Shown in pieces: positions 25,574 through 38,852 of a DNA stretch of 64,000 bases; the stretch's first letter is position 1, and every line of letters starts with the position of its first letter. The position numbers and the translations under genes are program-made. The DNA lies in assembly GCA_950097015.1 (NCBI GenBank), contig CATNEN010000002.1, positions 1,302,001 through 1,366,000 of the forward strand, given 5' to 3'. Under the pieces are notes generated by a model, which was not told where the DNA came from, ran no database searches, and worked only from the letters and a program-made list of their open reading frames with translations. The DNA comes from Macrostomum hystrix (taxonomy: Eukaryota; Animalia; Platyhelminthes).

Positions 25574-28500
25574 TCAACTCATAGGATAGAACTCATCGTT
25601 AATGTTCTCCCCAGCTTCATTGTAATAATCGTCTTCATCGTTGTCTTCATCGTCGGTATATTCGTCTTCCAAATCGACCTCGAATCCCGTAACAGGATTC
25701 GACGCAAAGCCACCAGTCTGTTCGTCAACATCGAAGTCGTCTTCTGTGGTCAAGTCTTCATTGGTGGAATCGTCAGTTTCATCCTGACCTGCCTGATCAG
25801 TGCCGCCTAATCCGTTGGTGGCGTAGTAGGAAGCGCCATTCTCAACTCGGCCATAGACATCAGCGGAATCCGGCGCATTGTCCTCAGTTAAGAATCCGTC
25901 CTGATCATTGTCCAGATCCACGCCAGCTTCGCCCGGTTCAACCTCGGCTAATCCCACAGCCAACAATGGCCGGTGAAGCATTTTTGACTTGCGTTCTTGA
26001 TGACTTCGACCAGGCGTCTGGCGATGTTGTTGCGTTAGGCACAATGGGAGTTGCTCAGGCCACAACAGACGATGAGGCGTGGCCAGACCGGTGAGCTGGT
26101 TTTCGCCGTAGGGAATGACACCTGGATAACAGATAGATGATCACTGACAGTCAACTAACACAGACACTGAGATATTACCGACAGTCAAATACCTCCGAAA
26201 ATGAAAAATTACTCATAAAACGTGCTCAAGGAGCTGCCAGCCCCAGCTCACCAGTCCGAGACGCATCGCCGAGATCCGCGGGTCCGCCAGCCGGCCAGAA
26301 CAGCACTCGGCTTTGCAGATCAACCGAGGCCAGCGATTCACCGCAGGGCGACCAGGCGAGGCTGGCGACGGCGTCCCGGTGACGCCTGGCGTCCCAGACC
26401 GGCTGGCCGGACCCGGCGGCCAAGTCAAAGACGCGCACGTGACGATCTTCACCGCCAACGGCCAGCAGCCGGCCATTGCTAGGCGACACGGCGGCCGCTG
26501 TTACGCAGCCGCGCCAGCCACGAGCGCAGAACAACCGGACGCACCGGCCACTGTTGAGATCCCACAACCGGACACTGGAGTCCAGGCCAGCCGTGTACAT
26601 TAGGGAGCCGCTAGGATGGAAGCCGACAATATCAACGTCGGTTAGATGACCAACGAATTGACGCAGAGGAGTTAGCCTATCTGTGCACCAGAGCATTGCG
26701 GTGCGATCGTGGCCGCCAGTAGCAAATAGAGACGCATTGTAAGGGTGCGTGTCGCAGCACCACACTGGATAGTCGTGACCGCTGTTACAAAAGGCGGTAT
26801 GGATTTGAGTACATGTGGGTAAAGTTGGATCTTGAGCCAAGCTGTAGTTTTAAGTCGATGTAGAGGCCCTTCAGTCCATGGACTGAACAGCGGTACAAAG
26901 CCCTTGATTAGAGATGGATCAAAACTGAATTATCAAATCGAAATCATAATTGAAATTGTCAGAAAGTATAATAATAGTCAGATTAAATGTCTCTTGTACT
27001 CCCTGTACTCTTGTACTCTTGTACTCCCTGTACTCTTGTACTCCCTGTACTCTTGTACTCCCTGTACTCTTGTACTCCCTGTACTCTTGTACTCTTGTAC
27101 TCCCTGTACTCTTGTACTCCCTGTACTCTTGTACTCCCTGTACTCTCGTACTCTTGTACTCCCTGTACTCTTGTACTCATTGTTTGCCTTGGTAGGTCAG
27201 GTGGGTCCAGGTAGATTTTGTTCCCTGAACTCACAGATAAGAAACCAGAGGCAGAACAATCTCTTCTTCTTCTGCATCTTCTTCCTCTTCGTCACTATCG
27301 TCCAATTCTCCAGCTTCCGGCATAGACGACAGCCACTGACGCCGACGTTTTCGCTTGCGTCGCCTTCTGCGTAGGAAACTGTCGCCAAGGGCCTCGCCAT
27401 TCGAATCAGGCGGTAGTCGCCAAAGAAGTACTTTAGCATCTTCGCCGGTCGATATGAGAAATTTCGGTTCCCGACATCCGCTAGCAGCAGAAGCGAATGC
27501 CAACGCGTGCGGGATACCCGAGTGACCGCGCAATCTCAGCCTAGCGAATGCCGACAATCCGTTGGCGTCGCTCTCGCCGCCGCTGCAAAAGTGCAGCCGA
27601 ATCGAAGAATCCTCGTAGCCGGCAGCGAACAGGGCTTCATCGGCGCCGAGGTCCACAGCGCAGCAACTAAGACCGACGCCGACCAGATGACGAAGACCGG
27701 CCCGACAGACGCTAGGCAGACTGGACGCAGCCGTTGACGTAGCCGGAGCAGTCGTAGCCGTCGTCGCCATAGCAACGGCATCAGCGGCGTCCAATAATCC
27801 GGCCAGTTCTGGCTGAGCGCGTAGTTCGACGTCTATTCGACGTTGCGTCGACACAACAGGCATTGACGACGTCGAAATAGTCGCAGACGCAGCCGTAAAT
27901 GTCGTCGTCGATGCTGACACGGGCGGAGGGACGAAATTCCCGCCAGACAGCGAGGCGAACGCAGACGGCTTCGCCGGCTGATGGTCATCCGGTCGGACTA
28001 GACGGAAGGCGCGCCAGGCCAGTTCAAGAGAGTCGGCAGCTTCGAAAGCGCGACTAAGCTGAGCCTCCTCCTCGATGGTGACTGCGATGGGGGCGACGGC
28101 CGACGCTGGCGGCTGGCACAGCTGGAGCAGCTCAGCCCGGCCGCAAGTTTGAACCCAGTCGCGCAGGGCGGCCAACTGTCTAGCGGCATGATGGTGACCA
28201 GGCTGCGAGCTCACCGTGGCCAGGTGCGACTCCAGGAAGGCGGTGGCTGGAGCGCAGCGAATAATTTGATTAGAAGTAGAAAGAGCGCTAATACACCTTG
28301 ATGTAATTCAAACACCCACTGCCTATTTCACGGCAGCTCCCAAACCGAATGACCGATTTTCCTGAAAGTCCAACATTTGGATAAAAATTATCCACCCTTT
28401 AAAATAAAAAAGACAATTTAATTAATCGAAAATAGTCAACAATGATAGTCGACATGGTTATATGATAAAAATTCTGTGAGCAGAATAATGATGCCTATCA

Positions 28501-29769
28501 TTAGTGGTGGTTTTTGCCACCAACTACCCCGCCGAGAATCGTTGAATATCTCGACGATGCCAATGTTTTGTGTGGAGATTTTAAATACGCCCAGTGGTAT
28601 TTCTACTGTTAACTTACTATTCTACTCATAGTAAGCTACTTAAAATGTTCAGAGAAAATGACCAACCTGCCTGCAGGTCAGTGTAATGCAATTCGTAATA
28701 CACGTGTAGAAATAGCGGATAGGCAACGTCCCACAATTTGCTAGGATTTGAGAAGTGATCAGTTAGGGCTGCGTATAACCTGCAAGGAATGGGAAAAATT
28801 GCTTCGATTAATTGTAATCGCGAAGATCAGGAATTGGCAACACAATATGTGGGATAAAACAAGCAATAAATATGAGACATTGACGACGACAGAGGGTGGT
28901 AAAGAGACAGGCATAGCGATAAGTAGAAATAAGACAGGACACGGGAGACACGAGAGACTGGATAGAGATGAGATCGGGTAGAGACGAGAGAGGTAAAACA
29001 TGACACAGAGTTGAGATGAGAAATGGGAGAGATGAGACAGGTAGAGATGAGACAGGGTTGAGATGAGAAATCTGAGAGATGAGACAGGTAGAGATGAGAA
29101 AGGGTTGAGATGAGACAGGGTACAGATGAGACAGGGTACAGATAAGACAGGGTACAGATAAGACAGGGTACAGATGAGACAGGGTACAGATGAGACAGGG
29201 TACAGATAAGACAGGGTACAGATAAGACAGGGTACAGATAAGACAGGGTACAGATAAGACAGGGTACAGATGAGACAGGGTACAGATGAGACAGGGTTAT
29301 TTATTAGACTAATATCAGGACAACTGATATTAGTCTAATAAAGGCACTAAGGGATTAGCCAGTGAAGAAAGAAGAAGTAGATGCATTAAAAAGGTTGAGC
29401 AGTTTAGCAGATTTTTAAGTTAGCCGACCTTATCGCACGCAGATATAAAGGGACTATAATTCAGGCCCATCTGCGGGTAACACACCTGTCATATTCCATA
29501 GCTAGCTGGCGAGCAGGCAGGTTTTCCACTCGCAGCATGTGACACACACGCCCGACAGACTGGTACGAGGCTGAAATTGTGGCAGCCAATGCGCCAGATC
29601 CGAACATTGCCTGCTGCTGCTGCTGATGGTGATTGACATCGGCTACGGCGGAGGCAGCGGCAGCCGCACTGCCACTTGGACGACTGCGGGCGCGATTGCG
29701 GGACTTGGATTTCCCGCCGCCGAGGCTGCCACCGCCGCCGCCTCCACCGAAGGAACCCTCCTGCGACAC
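25574..29769 (-). CDS. TAF5/TAF5L-like WD40 protein (about 827 aa) with acidic C-terminal tail; exons 29769-29486, 28296-27235, 26841-26252, 26121-25574
   Basis: WD40 blades LRGHSGIPHALAF, GHDYPVW...ATGGHDRTAMLW.TDR..PLRQFVGHLTDVD...FHP match the TAF5/TAF5L family. Junction phases 2,2,1 are consistent. Exons 1 and 4 are joined on phase and splice-signal evidence only; TAF5 versus TAF5L is not resolved. Confidence 0.75.
26868..26910 (+). mobile_element. SINE 3'-body fragment in TAF5L-like intron 2
   Basis: CAGTCCATGGACTGAACAGCGGTAC..AGCCCT matches the SINE body; includes the perfect 18-bp palindrome TTCAGTCCATGGACTGAA. Confidence 0.6.
26992..27180. repeat. Intronic minisatellite, 17-bp unit with 8-bp subunits
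   Basis: Unit TTGTACTCCCTGTACTC. Confidence 0.92.
28965..29297. repeat. Intronic minisatellite, 16-bp unit
   Basis: Unit GAGACAGGGTACAGAT. Confidence 0.9.
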
Positions 29770-29904
29770 TCTGCTGCCAAGTCACCGACTGCGCACAATA
29801 GACCACCTCAACCTCTGCGGTTGATTGGCAATCTCTGTTAGTAGAGGAAGGAATGCAACCTGAAATTTAATTTCTCAAACATTGAGCACTATTCAAGAGA
29901 AGAA

Positions 29905-31840
29905 CTGAGGATCTGCGGATAGAGGGTTGCAGTTCTACCTGAAGATCAGTGGATAGAGGGTTGCAGTTCTACCTGAAGATCTGCGGATAGAGGGTTGCAG
30001 TTCTACCTGAAGATCTGCGGATAGAGGGTTGCAGTTCTACCTGAAGATCTGCGGATAGAGGGTTGCAGTTCTACCTGAAGATCTGCGGATAGAGGGTTGC
30101 AGTTCTACCTGAAGATCTGCGGATAGAGGGTTGCAGTTCTACCTGAAGATCTGTGGATAGAGGGTTGCAGTTCTACCTGAAGATCAGTGGATAGAGGGTT
30201 GCAGTTCTACCTGAAGATCAGTGGATAGAGGGTTGCAGTTCTACCTGAAGATCAGTGGATAGAGGGTTGCAGTTCTACCTGAAGATCTGAGGATACAGTG
30301 TTGCAGTTCTACCTGAAGATCTGCGGATAGAGGGTTGCAGTTCTACCTGAAGATCAGTGGATAGAGGGTTGCAGTTCTACCTGAAGATCTGAGGATACAG
30401 GGTTGCAGTTCTACCTGAAGATCTGCGGATAGAGGGTTGCAGTTCCACCTGAAGATCTGTGAATTGAGGGTTACAGTTCTACCTGAAGATCAGTGGATAG
30501 AGGGTTGCAGTTCTACTTAAAGATCTGCGGATAGAGGGTTGCAGTTCTACCTGAAGATCTGCGGATAGAGGGTTGCAGTTCTACCTGAAGATCAGTGGAT
30601 AGAGGGTTGCAGTTCTACCTGAAGATCAGTGGATAGAGGGTTGCAGTTCTACCTGAAGATCAGTGGATAGAGGGTTGCAGTTCTACCTGAAGATCTGCGG
30701 ATAGAGGGTTGTAGTTCTACCTGAAGATCAGTGGATAGAGGGTTACAGTTCTACCTGAAGATCAGTGTATAGAGGGTTGCAGTTCTACCTGAAGATCAGT
30801 GGATAGAGGGTTGCAGTTCTACCTGAAGATCAGTGGATAGAGGGTTGCAGTTCTACCTGAAGATCTGCGGATAGAGGGTTGCAGTTCTACCTGAAGATCA
30901 GTGGATAGAGGGTTGCAGTTCTACCTGAAGATCAGTGGATAGAGGGTTGCAGTTCTACCTGAAGATCTGCGGATAGAGGCTTGCAGTTCTACCTGAAGAT
31001 CTGCGGATAGAGGCTTGCAGTTCTACCTGAAGATCAGTGGATAGAGGGTTGCAGTTCTACCTGAAGATCAGTGGATAGAGGGTTGCAGTTCTACCTGAAG
31101 ATCTGCGGATAGAGGCTTGCAGTTCTACCTGAAGATCAGTGGATAGAGGGTTGCAGTTCTACCTGAAGATCAGTGGATAGAGGGTTGCAGTTCTACCTGA
31201 AGATCAGTGGATAGAGGGTTGCAGTTCTACCTGAAGATCTGCGGATAGAGGCTTGCAGTTCTACCTGAAGATCAGTGGATAGAGGGTTGCAGTTCTACCT
31301 GAAGATCAGTGGATAGAGGGTTGCAGTTCTACCTGAAGATCAGTGGATAGAGGCTTGCAGTTCTACCTGAAGATCAGTGGATAGAGGCTTGCAGTTCTAC
31401 CTGAAGATCAGTGGATAGAGGCTTGCAGTTCTACCTGAAGATCTGAGGATAGAGGCTTGCAGTTCTACCTGAAGATCAGTGGATAGAGGCTTGCAGTTCT
31501 ACCTGAAGATCTGAGGATAGAGGCTTGCAGTTCTACCTGAAGATCTGTGGATAGAGGCTTGCAGTTCTACCTGAAGATCAGTGGATAGAGGGTTGCAGTT
31601 CTACCTGAAGATCTGAGGATAGAGGCTTGCAGTTCTACCTGAAGATCAGTGGATAGAGGCTTGCAGTTCTACCTGAAGATCTGAGGATAGAGGCTTGCAG
31701 TTCTACCTGAAGATCTGTGGATAGAGGCTTGCAGTTCTACCTGAAGATCAGTGGATAGAGGGTTGCAGTTCTACCTGAAGATCTGCGGATAGAGGCTTGC
31801 AGTTCTACCTGAAGATCAGTGGATAGAGGGTTGCAGTTCT
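29905..31840. repeat. Minisatellite, 34-bp unit, about 57 copies, just upstream of the TAF5L-like ATG
   Basis: Unit GAAGATCTGCGGATAGAGGGTTGCAGTTCTACCT; interspersed CTGCG/CAGTG/CTGAG and GGTT/GCTT variants. Confidence 0.97.
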
Positions 31841-33046
31841 GCCTTAAGACGCATGTGGACGGTGGGTTAAAGCAATAGTTTTAGTACAGGTGGAACTGAA
31901 AATAGTTTTTGGGCTGCAGTAGTGACTAGAGTAATACTTAATTACTCTACAATAAAAAATGGAGTCTACAAACTTGTACTGCACATTGCCAAACGATTAG
32001 GATTACGTGTGTACTAAAAGCAAAATAAAAACCAACAGGCATACTCAGTTAATGTAATATTACAGTTTGTGCACTATACTATAGTATACTACTGATATAC
32101 ACGCTGATAAGTTATAGATATGGGTGAGACAAAATTCTTATTTTTATACACAAACAAAAAGCGAGCAAATATAAATTACGCATAATTATAACAAAAAAGA
32201 ATCAAATCACTTGCACCAGTGACTACTAACCAGTAGTGTAATAGTTTCTTCCCGAATACGCTAAAACTCCTGTTAAAATTAATGATAACACAAAGCAATC
32301 AAGAGACGTGATTTATATTTGTTCTTGTGCTAACTTTAGACAAAAGAAAAGCATCAACACAAGCACAAACAGTGTTAGTCGGGTTGGCAGTTGATAAGAA
32401 ATGGAACTACACAATTCCGACTGTGAGTGGTGCATTGTGGTCCGCAAACCGTAATTAGGGCATGTAGGTGCATAGATTCTGGTTTAACACGCATAATAAA
32501 AAATCATAAATATTAACACAAGTCGCAAAATTGATAGTTTGTTTATCAACAAGAAATAAAAAAACTAAAACAGTAATAACAAGAAACAAAAATACAAAAC
32601 GAAAGTACGCGAAAACACAGATAAAATTGAATTAAAACCATCGCAAATAGTTTACATAGCATTTGAAATTAGACATGTATCGCGAAGTCCACTGCTAAAG
32701 TCAAAGCTAATGGATCTGCAAACTAAGCGTATAAAACAACGACGAGTTACAAAAAACACACTTGAACAGAACAAATACCTATATTGCAACTCTATGCAAT
32801 AAAGAATGTGGATAACAAATTAACAATTAAATACTACTAGCCAGACAAGTAAGTAGTACAGTCAGTTGTATGCTGTATTATTATTTACAAATTGATAAAA
32901 CTACGCAAAAATTGAGAATCGCGATCAAGCAAATAGAGCTGCTGTATGCACTACGAACTACTGGCAGTAGCACACTGCGCGCAGTTAAAAGTTACCACTG
33001 CTGTAAAAAATGTTTCGAATCAGAATAAAAACTAAAAAAGAGCTTA

Positions 33047-33141
33047 TCAATCATCAAAACAAACATCTTTTGTCTCGGATTTAGCAGGTAGTGTCAATCT
33101 TATAGTCGGCCGTGGTGAAGGCTGCAGTGCAGGCGCCACTA

Positions 33142-33172
<31 letters not shown>

Positions 33173-34593
33173 GTGCTGAGTCTGTAGAATCAGTATCTGC
33201 TGCGACAATGAAGGCATCGGCGCTGGCTTCGGTGGCATCGGTGGCGGCGGCGGCTTGGGCAGCAATCGAGGAGGCGGTCGCGGCCGGATCTGCGGCAAAG
33301 CCGGAGAGTTCTTTGGCGGCTCAGAGGAAAGCGGGAACCCGCCGGACAGCCTACTGGAAGATGAGCCCGACCAAGGATTGGCTGGAATGCGACGTCTAGA
33401 ACGAGTAGACGGCGTTAAAGTAGAAGAATAGGAAGAAGACGCAGCAGCAGCAGCAGCGCTAGGCAGACGCGCAGCCTGTAGCTGTTCGCGCTTGTGAACC
33501 AGCAGGTGAGTAGTGAGTCGGCAGGGCCTAGTGAAAGTCTTGCCGCAAGTGGGACATTGGTGCGGATTATTGCGCCAGTTGTGGGTGAACATGTGAGTCT
33601 TGAGCGTGCTAGACTGGGTAAATGTCCGACCGCACTCGCGACAGGTGTATGGCCGCTCGCCCAGGTGTATTAGCATGTGCTGCTTCAGGTAGCTTGCCTA
33701 GACAGTGTGTTGTGAAATATTTATAATCGGATCTTTATTTCGAGAATGAGATCTTTGGAATGCAGGACGAGGAATTTGGCTACGTTACTGTGGTACTGAC
33801 ATTAGAGATGGGAGATAGGGATTATGGGACTGATATCTGGTATGGGGAATTGGGATTAGGAACAAATATCTGGGATGGGGGAATTGGGATAAGGGGACTA
33901 ATATCTGGGGATATCTGGGATGGGGAATTGGTATTAGGAACAAATATCTGGGATGGGGGAATTGGGATTATGGGCCCTGGGATGTCATCAAAAATCTTCG
34001 CTCACCTGCGAAAACATTTTGTGACAGACGCTGCACTCCAGGCTGCGCTGATCAGTGTGAGCTATCATGTGTCGCACCAAATTGGCCCTAGTTGCAAACG
34101 ACTTTGAGCACACCAGACACACTTTGCCAGCACCGCCGCCATTGCCTTCATCATCTTCCTCTTCGTAGTCTTCATCATAATCTTCATTATAATCATCATC
34201 ATCTTCGTCCTCGTCGGCTTGAACTGAGGCGGAAACTTCTGGCGGGCCGGGAACAACTAGGACAGAAGATGGGCAGTCTCCGCTGAGCACATGCTGCTCA
34301 AGGTGATTGGGATCGGAGAACGGCGTGCCGCAGCTTTCGCACTCGCAGAACATCTGCTGCTGCTGATTGTTGGCCTCAGAGAGGATAGCTACTGAGCAGT
34401 CTAAAAGCTCCGATTTAAAAGCGGAACCAGCACCCACAGCAGCAGCAGCAGTATCCAGCTCTTCATCAGGCTGCTCAACTTCAAGCTTGATGCTCAGTGC
34501 CACAGAATCCCTGCTGTCAGCCATAGACTTGGCATGCTCAGATTTACCAGACACCTCAGACTTGCACAGTCTAATTAATGGCGCCTGAGCCAT
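33047..34593 (-). CDS. C2H2 zinc-finger protein (412 aa; 4 canonical fingers plus 1 atypical CxxC...H...C; acidic stretch; P/Q-rich tail); exons 34593-34006, 33697-33047
   Basis: Fingers CLVC...HMIAH, CSVCHKMFSQ|ASYLKQHMLIH (split by a phase-0 GTGAGC..TAG intron), GERPYTCREC...HMFTH, CPTC...HLLVH. Confidence 0.85.
33805..33982. repeat. Degenerate intronic repeat in the zinc-finger gene
   Basis: Recurring ATATCTGGGATGGGGGAATTGGGAT. Confidence 0.8.
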
Positions 34594-35878
34594 GCCAGAA
34601 ATTTGCTCCGAATTTAAACAGGTCTGTCAATTGATGGTGTCCACTTGCTTGCAATGACACTGATGCCACTGAAATTAATATATAGCCACCACAATGTGAC
34701 ATCAACAAAAAATTTTTGGTTGCTAAGAGTTGAAATGATGATAATTGATTGATTTTAGAAAGTGATATGGTTATAATGCAATTTTAACATAGTTTACTAT
34801 TTAGCAGGTCATTTGTTTTTTATGATTTAAAACACTTTCATTTTGACCCACTGAGGCAAAATATTGCTAAGACAAACATTTGGCAAGAAAACCAAACTGT
34901 TTATTACACAGTACAAAAGGTATGTTCTTACCTTCAGCTCTAATTCAATACTAGAAAATACTGAAATGCAATGAAAAACCATCTACAATTTGTTAACTTA
35001 TTCTAATAGGGCATGCATCAAGAACTAAAAATTCTGGCTTGAAATAACAGCTACACAAAGCTAAGAACACATTGGGCCTGTGCATTGGTTATCCTATAAA
35101 TGACTAAGTCTGGTCATCTTATGATAGGGTAGTCATTCTATAGAAAGCGTTTGTAGAAAAAAATTAAATTCAGCACTCATAAAAGACAATGGCATTATAG
35201 ATGCAAATTTATTGTTGAACCTACTAAAACTAGAACTGTTTTATAATTAAAATTAGGCCTATAGGATTAAAGTTCAAGAAGCCCCTTAATTCTATAGGAA
35301 CAATGTAATTAATATTAGAGTAGGCACTATTCAAAGAAACAAGAATTAAACAATTTTTACCTTAATGTAAAAAACATTTTAACATATGTTTTTTATATTA
35401 AAACAATTTTATTATTTAGGAGCAACACAAAAAACTATTGTATTTTTCTGAAATGAATACAAATATTTAGCAACAAATCAGACAAAACTTGTTCAAAGTG
35501 ACTAGCTTGTATTTATATAACCAGTTGTAGATAATTTACTATATAGGGGGCCTATATATATTTCCCATTAACAAAAATGACTATGACTATGACTATATAT
35601 ACATAGTCATAGACTATAGTCATTGTCTCATCAATAACGATTAATAAGTGACTTAGTGTATAGGCCTGCGGGCCTGGGATTTTGTTTTTAATGAATGTGA
35701 ATTATTTATTCTGTTTTTTTAGCTAAGAAAAGACTTATTGTACTTCTAGCTAAAAAATATATTGATATTATATAATAGGCCCTGTATCATAAAGTTTATT
35801 TATTTATTATTAATACACATATATACAATAAAAAACTTTTGTTTATAACCTAATTTTATTAACTCAACCTTTGCTTTT

Positions 35879-36172
35879 GAGGTTGTAGCCTAGTGGTTAA
35901 GGTGTAGACTCACAACTTCTAAACTTCACTGAAACAATTTGTGTCCTTTCGCAAGACACAACTTTGCATTGCTTTAGTTCAACTGGCTGTTAAATGGGCA
36001 CCAACATCAGCTAGGAGAATTGAGGGGGTGTGGCATCCCCCAGTCCACGGACTGAACAGCTGTATGCAGCCTTCAGATTTGTTGCTCAATAGCTGTGGCT
36101 GTGCTGTTGGCTGCACATCTGGCCCAATTGGGTAGGTGTAATCTAGCATTATTATTATTATTATTATTATTA
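35879..36172 (+). mobile_element. tRNA-derived SINE, near full length, with (ATT)n tail; B-box segment deleted
   Basis: A box TAGCCTAGTGGTTAAGG, central ACAATTTGTGTCCTTTCGCAAGACAC, body GTGTGGCATCCCCCAGTCCACGGACTGA, tail (ATT)8. Confidence 0.82.
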
Positions 36173-36202
36173 GCTTTTGACTTTTAATTGCATTAAAAAT
36201 AT

Positions 36203-37631
36203 GGTCCCAGGTCATTTTAGTGACAAGACATTTCGGCAACAGAATTGGTCAGTTTGGTGACAACTATTTTTGCTCCTAAATATGCTGAGAAAACAGCCTT
36301 CCATGTAAACTATGCACACCTATAAAACCAAAGGATTATTAAAAAATAATTACGAATTTGTTTTAGGGTAATGTATCATCAACCGAACAGTGTATCTTCA
36401 AAACCGAACAAGAACTTTGACTCCTTCCTTGGTCTCGTGCAAGACAGAAACAAGCTATTGTGTTTCACAGAACAACTAATTTGAAAGTTGAAGAAATTAT
36501 CTACAAGCTGAGGCATGATGTGCAATGAAGCATTAAGAGGAAAGAAAGATATTGATGTTTCAGTAGAAATTTTTATTGCAAAATCATACTTTTTAACAAC
36601 ATTTTTTCAGTATGTACTTTAGACAAAGATTGTATGTGGTTGCTTGCCAATTAAATGACCATAAATGTAGTTACTTATAGAGCATGAAAAATGCTTTCAA
36701 ATGACATAATTCATGATAGTTCACTCCTTAAAATAAGATTAAACCACTCACTCAAATTTTAAAACCAAACATCAAATTCTCTGTTTGGTTTGAAGATATA
36801 TGAAAATCATTGTTCAGTTTTAGATAAAAAGCAGGAATAACTTTTTTCTATTTGACAAAATAGCAAAAGCAGATACTTTTTAGAAAGATGTAACTGTTTT
36901 CTATAACTTGGCTTTTGATTTATAATCATATTTTAAATAGAAAATCTGTAGCTTAGGTTTGAAGTTAAAAAAATACACATTCTTGTTTGGTTGATGATAC
37001 ATTACCCTAATCAATGTGTGGTGCCAATGGCAGGTCTTCCTATTTTACTTTCCAATGGTACTTTTGAGTAGTTTGGATACTTTCTACGTGAACAAATAGC
37101 AAATTAGCTCAAGAAGATTCAAACAGTTAAAGTGGCCCTTGTCCCACTTCAGGTGCACCTTCTGTCCAGAGGAGTGCTGTGCCAAGAGCAATGGCTGGCT
37201 TATAGAACAGTGCAGTTGTGGCTTTTTCACTACTGGGCAGAATTTGAGGATGGAAGTTGCACGATCCAGCAGCTGCTTAAAGCCTGTAATCGCCTTGTTA
37301 ATCCAAAACTTTAAAAAAGATTATTATACACATTTAATTAGGAACAAATAACTATTGAAACTATTGACTACTCATTAAATATTACAGTTAACTCATTTAA
37401 AGTAAAACCCAGACTTAATCAGAGCGATGCAGCTTCTTATTAATACTTATAGCATTATTTAATAATACTTAAATATAAGTGTGCATCATTCAAATGGAAG
37501 GCTGTTTTCTCTGCATATTTAGGTGCAAAAATAGTTGTCACCAATCTGACCAATTGTGTCACTGAAATAACATGAGTTGGCACCGAAATGACTGTCACCA
37601 AAATGTCTTGTCACCGAAATGACCTGGGACC
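36203..37631. mobile_element. Non-autonomous TIR DNA transposon, probably Mutator-like; 1.43 kb; long TIRs; possible transposase relic
   Basis: TIRs 36203-36319 and 37479-37631 (GGTCCCAGGTCATTT.GGTGACAAGACATTT...). Flanks AAAAATAT / AAAAATAG (8-bp TSD, 1 mismatch). Internal ORF 37132-37314 ends LFHYWAEFEDGSCTIQQLLKACNRL, which recalls animal MULE transposase C-termini (from memory, unverified). Confidence 0.75.
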
Positions 37632-38075
37632 AAAAATAGGCCTATCAAACATATTGGTCTGGTCTGGTCTCAGTGGTCTGTTGTGAGTTGTGTTGACTGT
37701 TGAGTTCACTTTCTTATTCGTTAGCTATGTCCTATGATAAAAAAGCACATTAATGTTAAAAATTGTGAAGTGACAACAAAAATTTTACTTTGGTAAATTG
37801 TATAGATAAGATAACAGTTTTGTAACAATTAAAATTTGAGTTAATAATTTAATGAAAATGTTTATAATTCACAAATTTAAAAGACAGTCTAAAAGCAATT
37901 AGAGATTTATATATATTGTAGGTAGTTGCATTTTTGTATTTGCAGTAATTTATATAGCTTTTAGTACTTTTTGTGTATGTAAGGTTTCTGTTGCTTTTAT
38001 TTTGTTAAGATGGCCATGTGTTAAATCAATTTATAACGGATAGAAAATTAGCCAGAATTGAACCAAATTAAAACG

Positions 38076-38136
38076 TCTTTTGTCGATCTCGTAAAATACA
38101 CCGGCTCGGGGATGCACGCAATTGGCACATGTATGT
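38076..38136 (+). promoter_or_regulatory. Candidate TCT/5'TOP initiator and non-coding first exon of RPS23 (about 38077-38130, donor GTATGT at 38131, acceptor 40598)
   Basis: TCTTTTG (6/7 match to the YCTYTYY ribosomal-protein initiator) inside a local CpG cluster, followed by a strong donor. An otherwise unpaired acceptor TTTCAGCAGTAG lies immediately before the RPS23 ATG. Confidence 0.4.
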
Positions 38137-38852
38137 TTAAAATAAAATGAATGCATTAGAAGTGGCTGCGGCAACAGCCGCGCCATCAATATAATTCTAT
38201 AAAGGGTGCTGACCTATTGTGTCTATTATATTGTCTTAAATTTAAGCATGGTGTCTATATTTATTGCTTGTATGTTTATATAGGCCCTATTATAACTTAA
38301 ACAGTTAAACTGAGATTATGCCATACTGTGTAAATTTTTGTATTAGAAATCACAAAGTGAACTTATTTTCGGACTAATGAGTCTAAGCTAGGGTATTGCT
38401 TTTTATATCTAGACTACTGCTTGCTGCAAACGCTCACAAGCAAGTTCAGACTCCCATTGGATCATGGCATGGTGTTCTGAAGAGATTTAAAAATAGCTCA
38501 GGATGTGCGAGCGCCATTGCCTAACTTGGGAGAGAAGAGACGTCTGCCAAACATTACAGCTCGGCCAGGAGGCAGCCATATAATCGATAGGGATGCTGAG
38601 AATGCCATGGCAACAGTGATGGCAACATAGGATGAAAACTAGGCCTAACTGATCTTATGTAAAACATCTTAACCCCTTTCTCTATGTTCTATCCTCAGTT
38701 CCTCTTGCTTACATGCACCCTCTAGCTATAAAATAGATTGACAGAACAAGCTGAGTTGCTGCATCTGCTTCTCTTCTCCTTATTCTAATTAGGAGTTTAT
38801 GTGAGCTCATATCCTAGAGGCTAGAGCATGGCCCTAGGTGCCAGTACAGAGT

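Noticed and set aside
23655-31840. CRISPR-like appearance of regular 34-57-bp repeats
   Set aside because: Units are head-to-tail with no unique spacers, no cas genes, and the context is eukaryotic.
35578-35623. ATGACTATGACTAT...ATAGTCATAG fold-back
   Set aside because: Low-complexity AT-rich palindrome with no second copy or associated ends; probably a slippage product.
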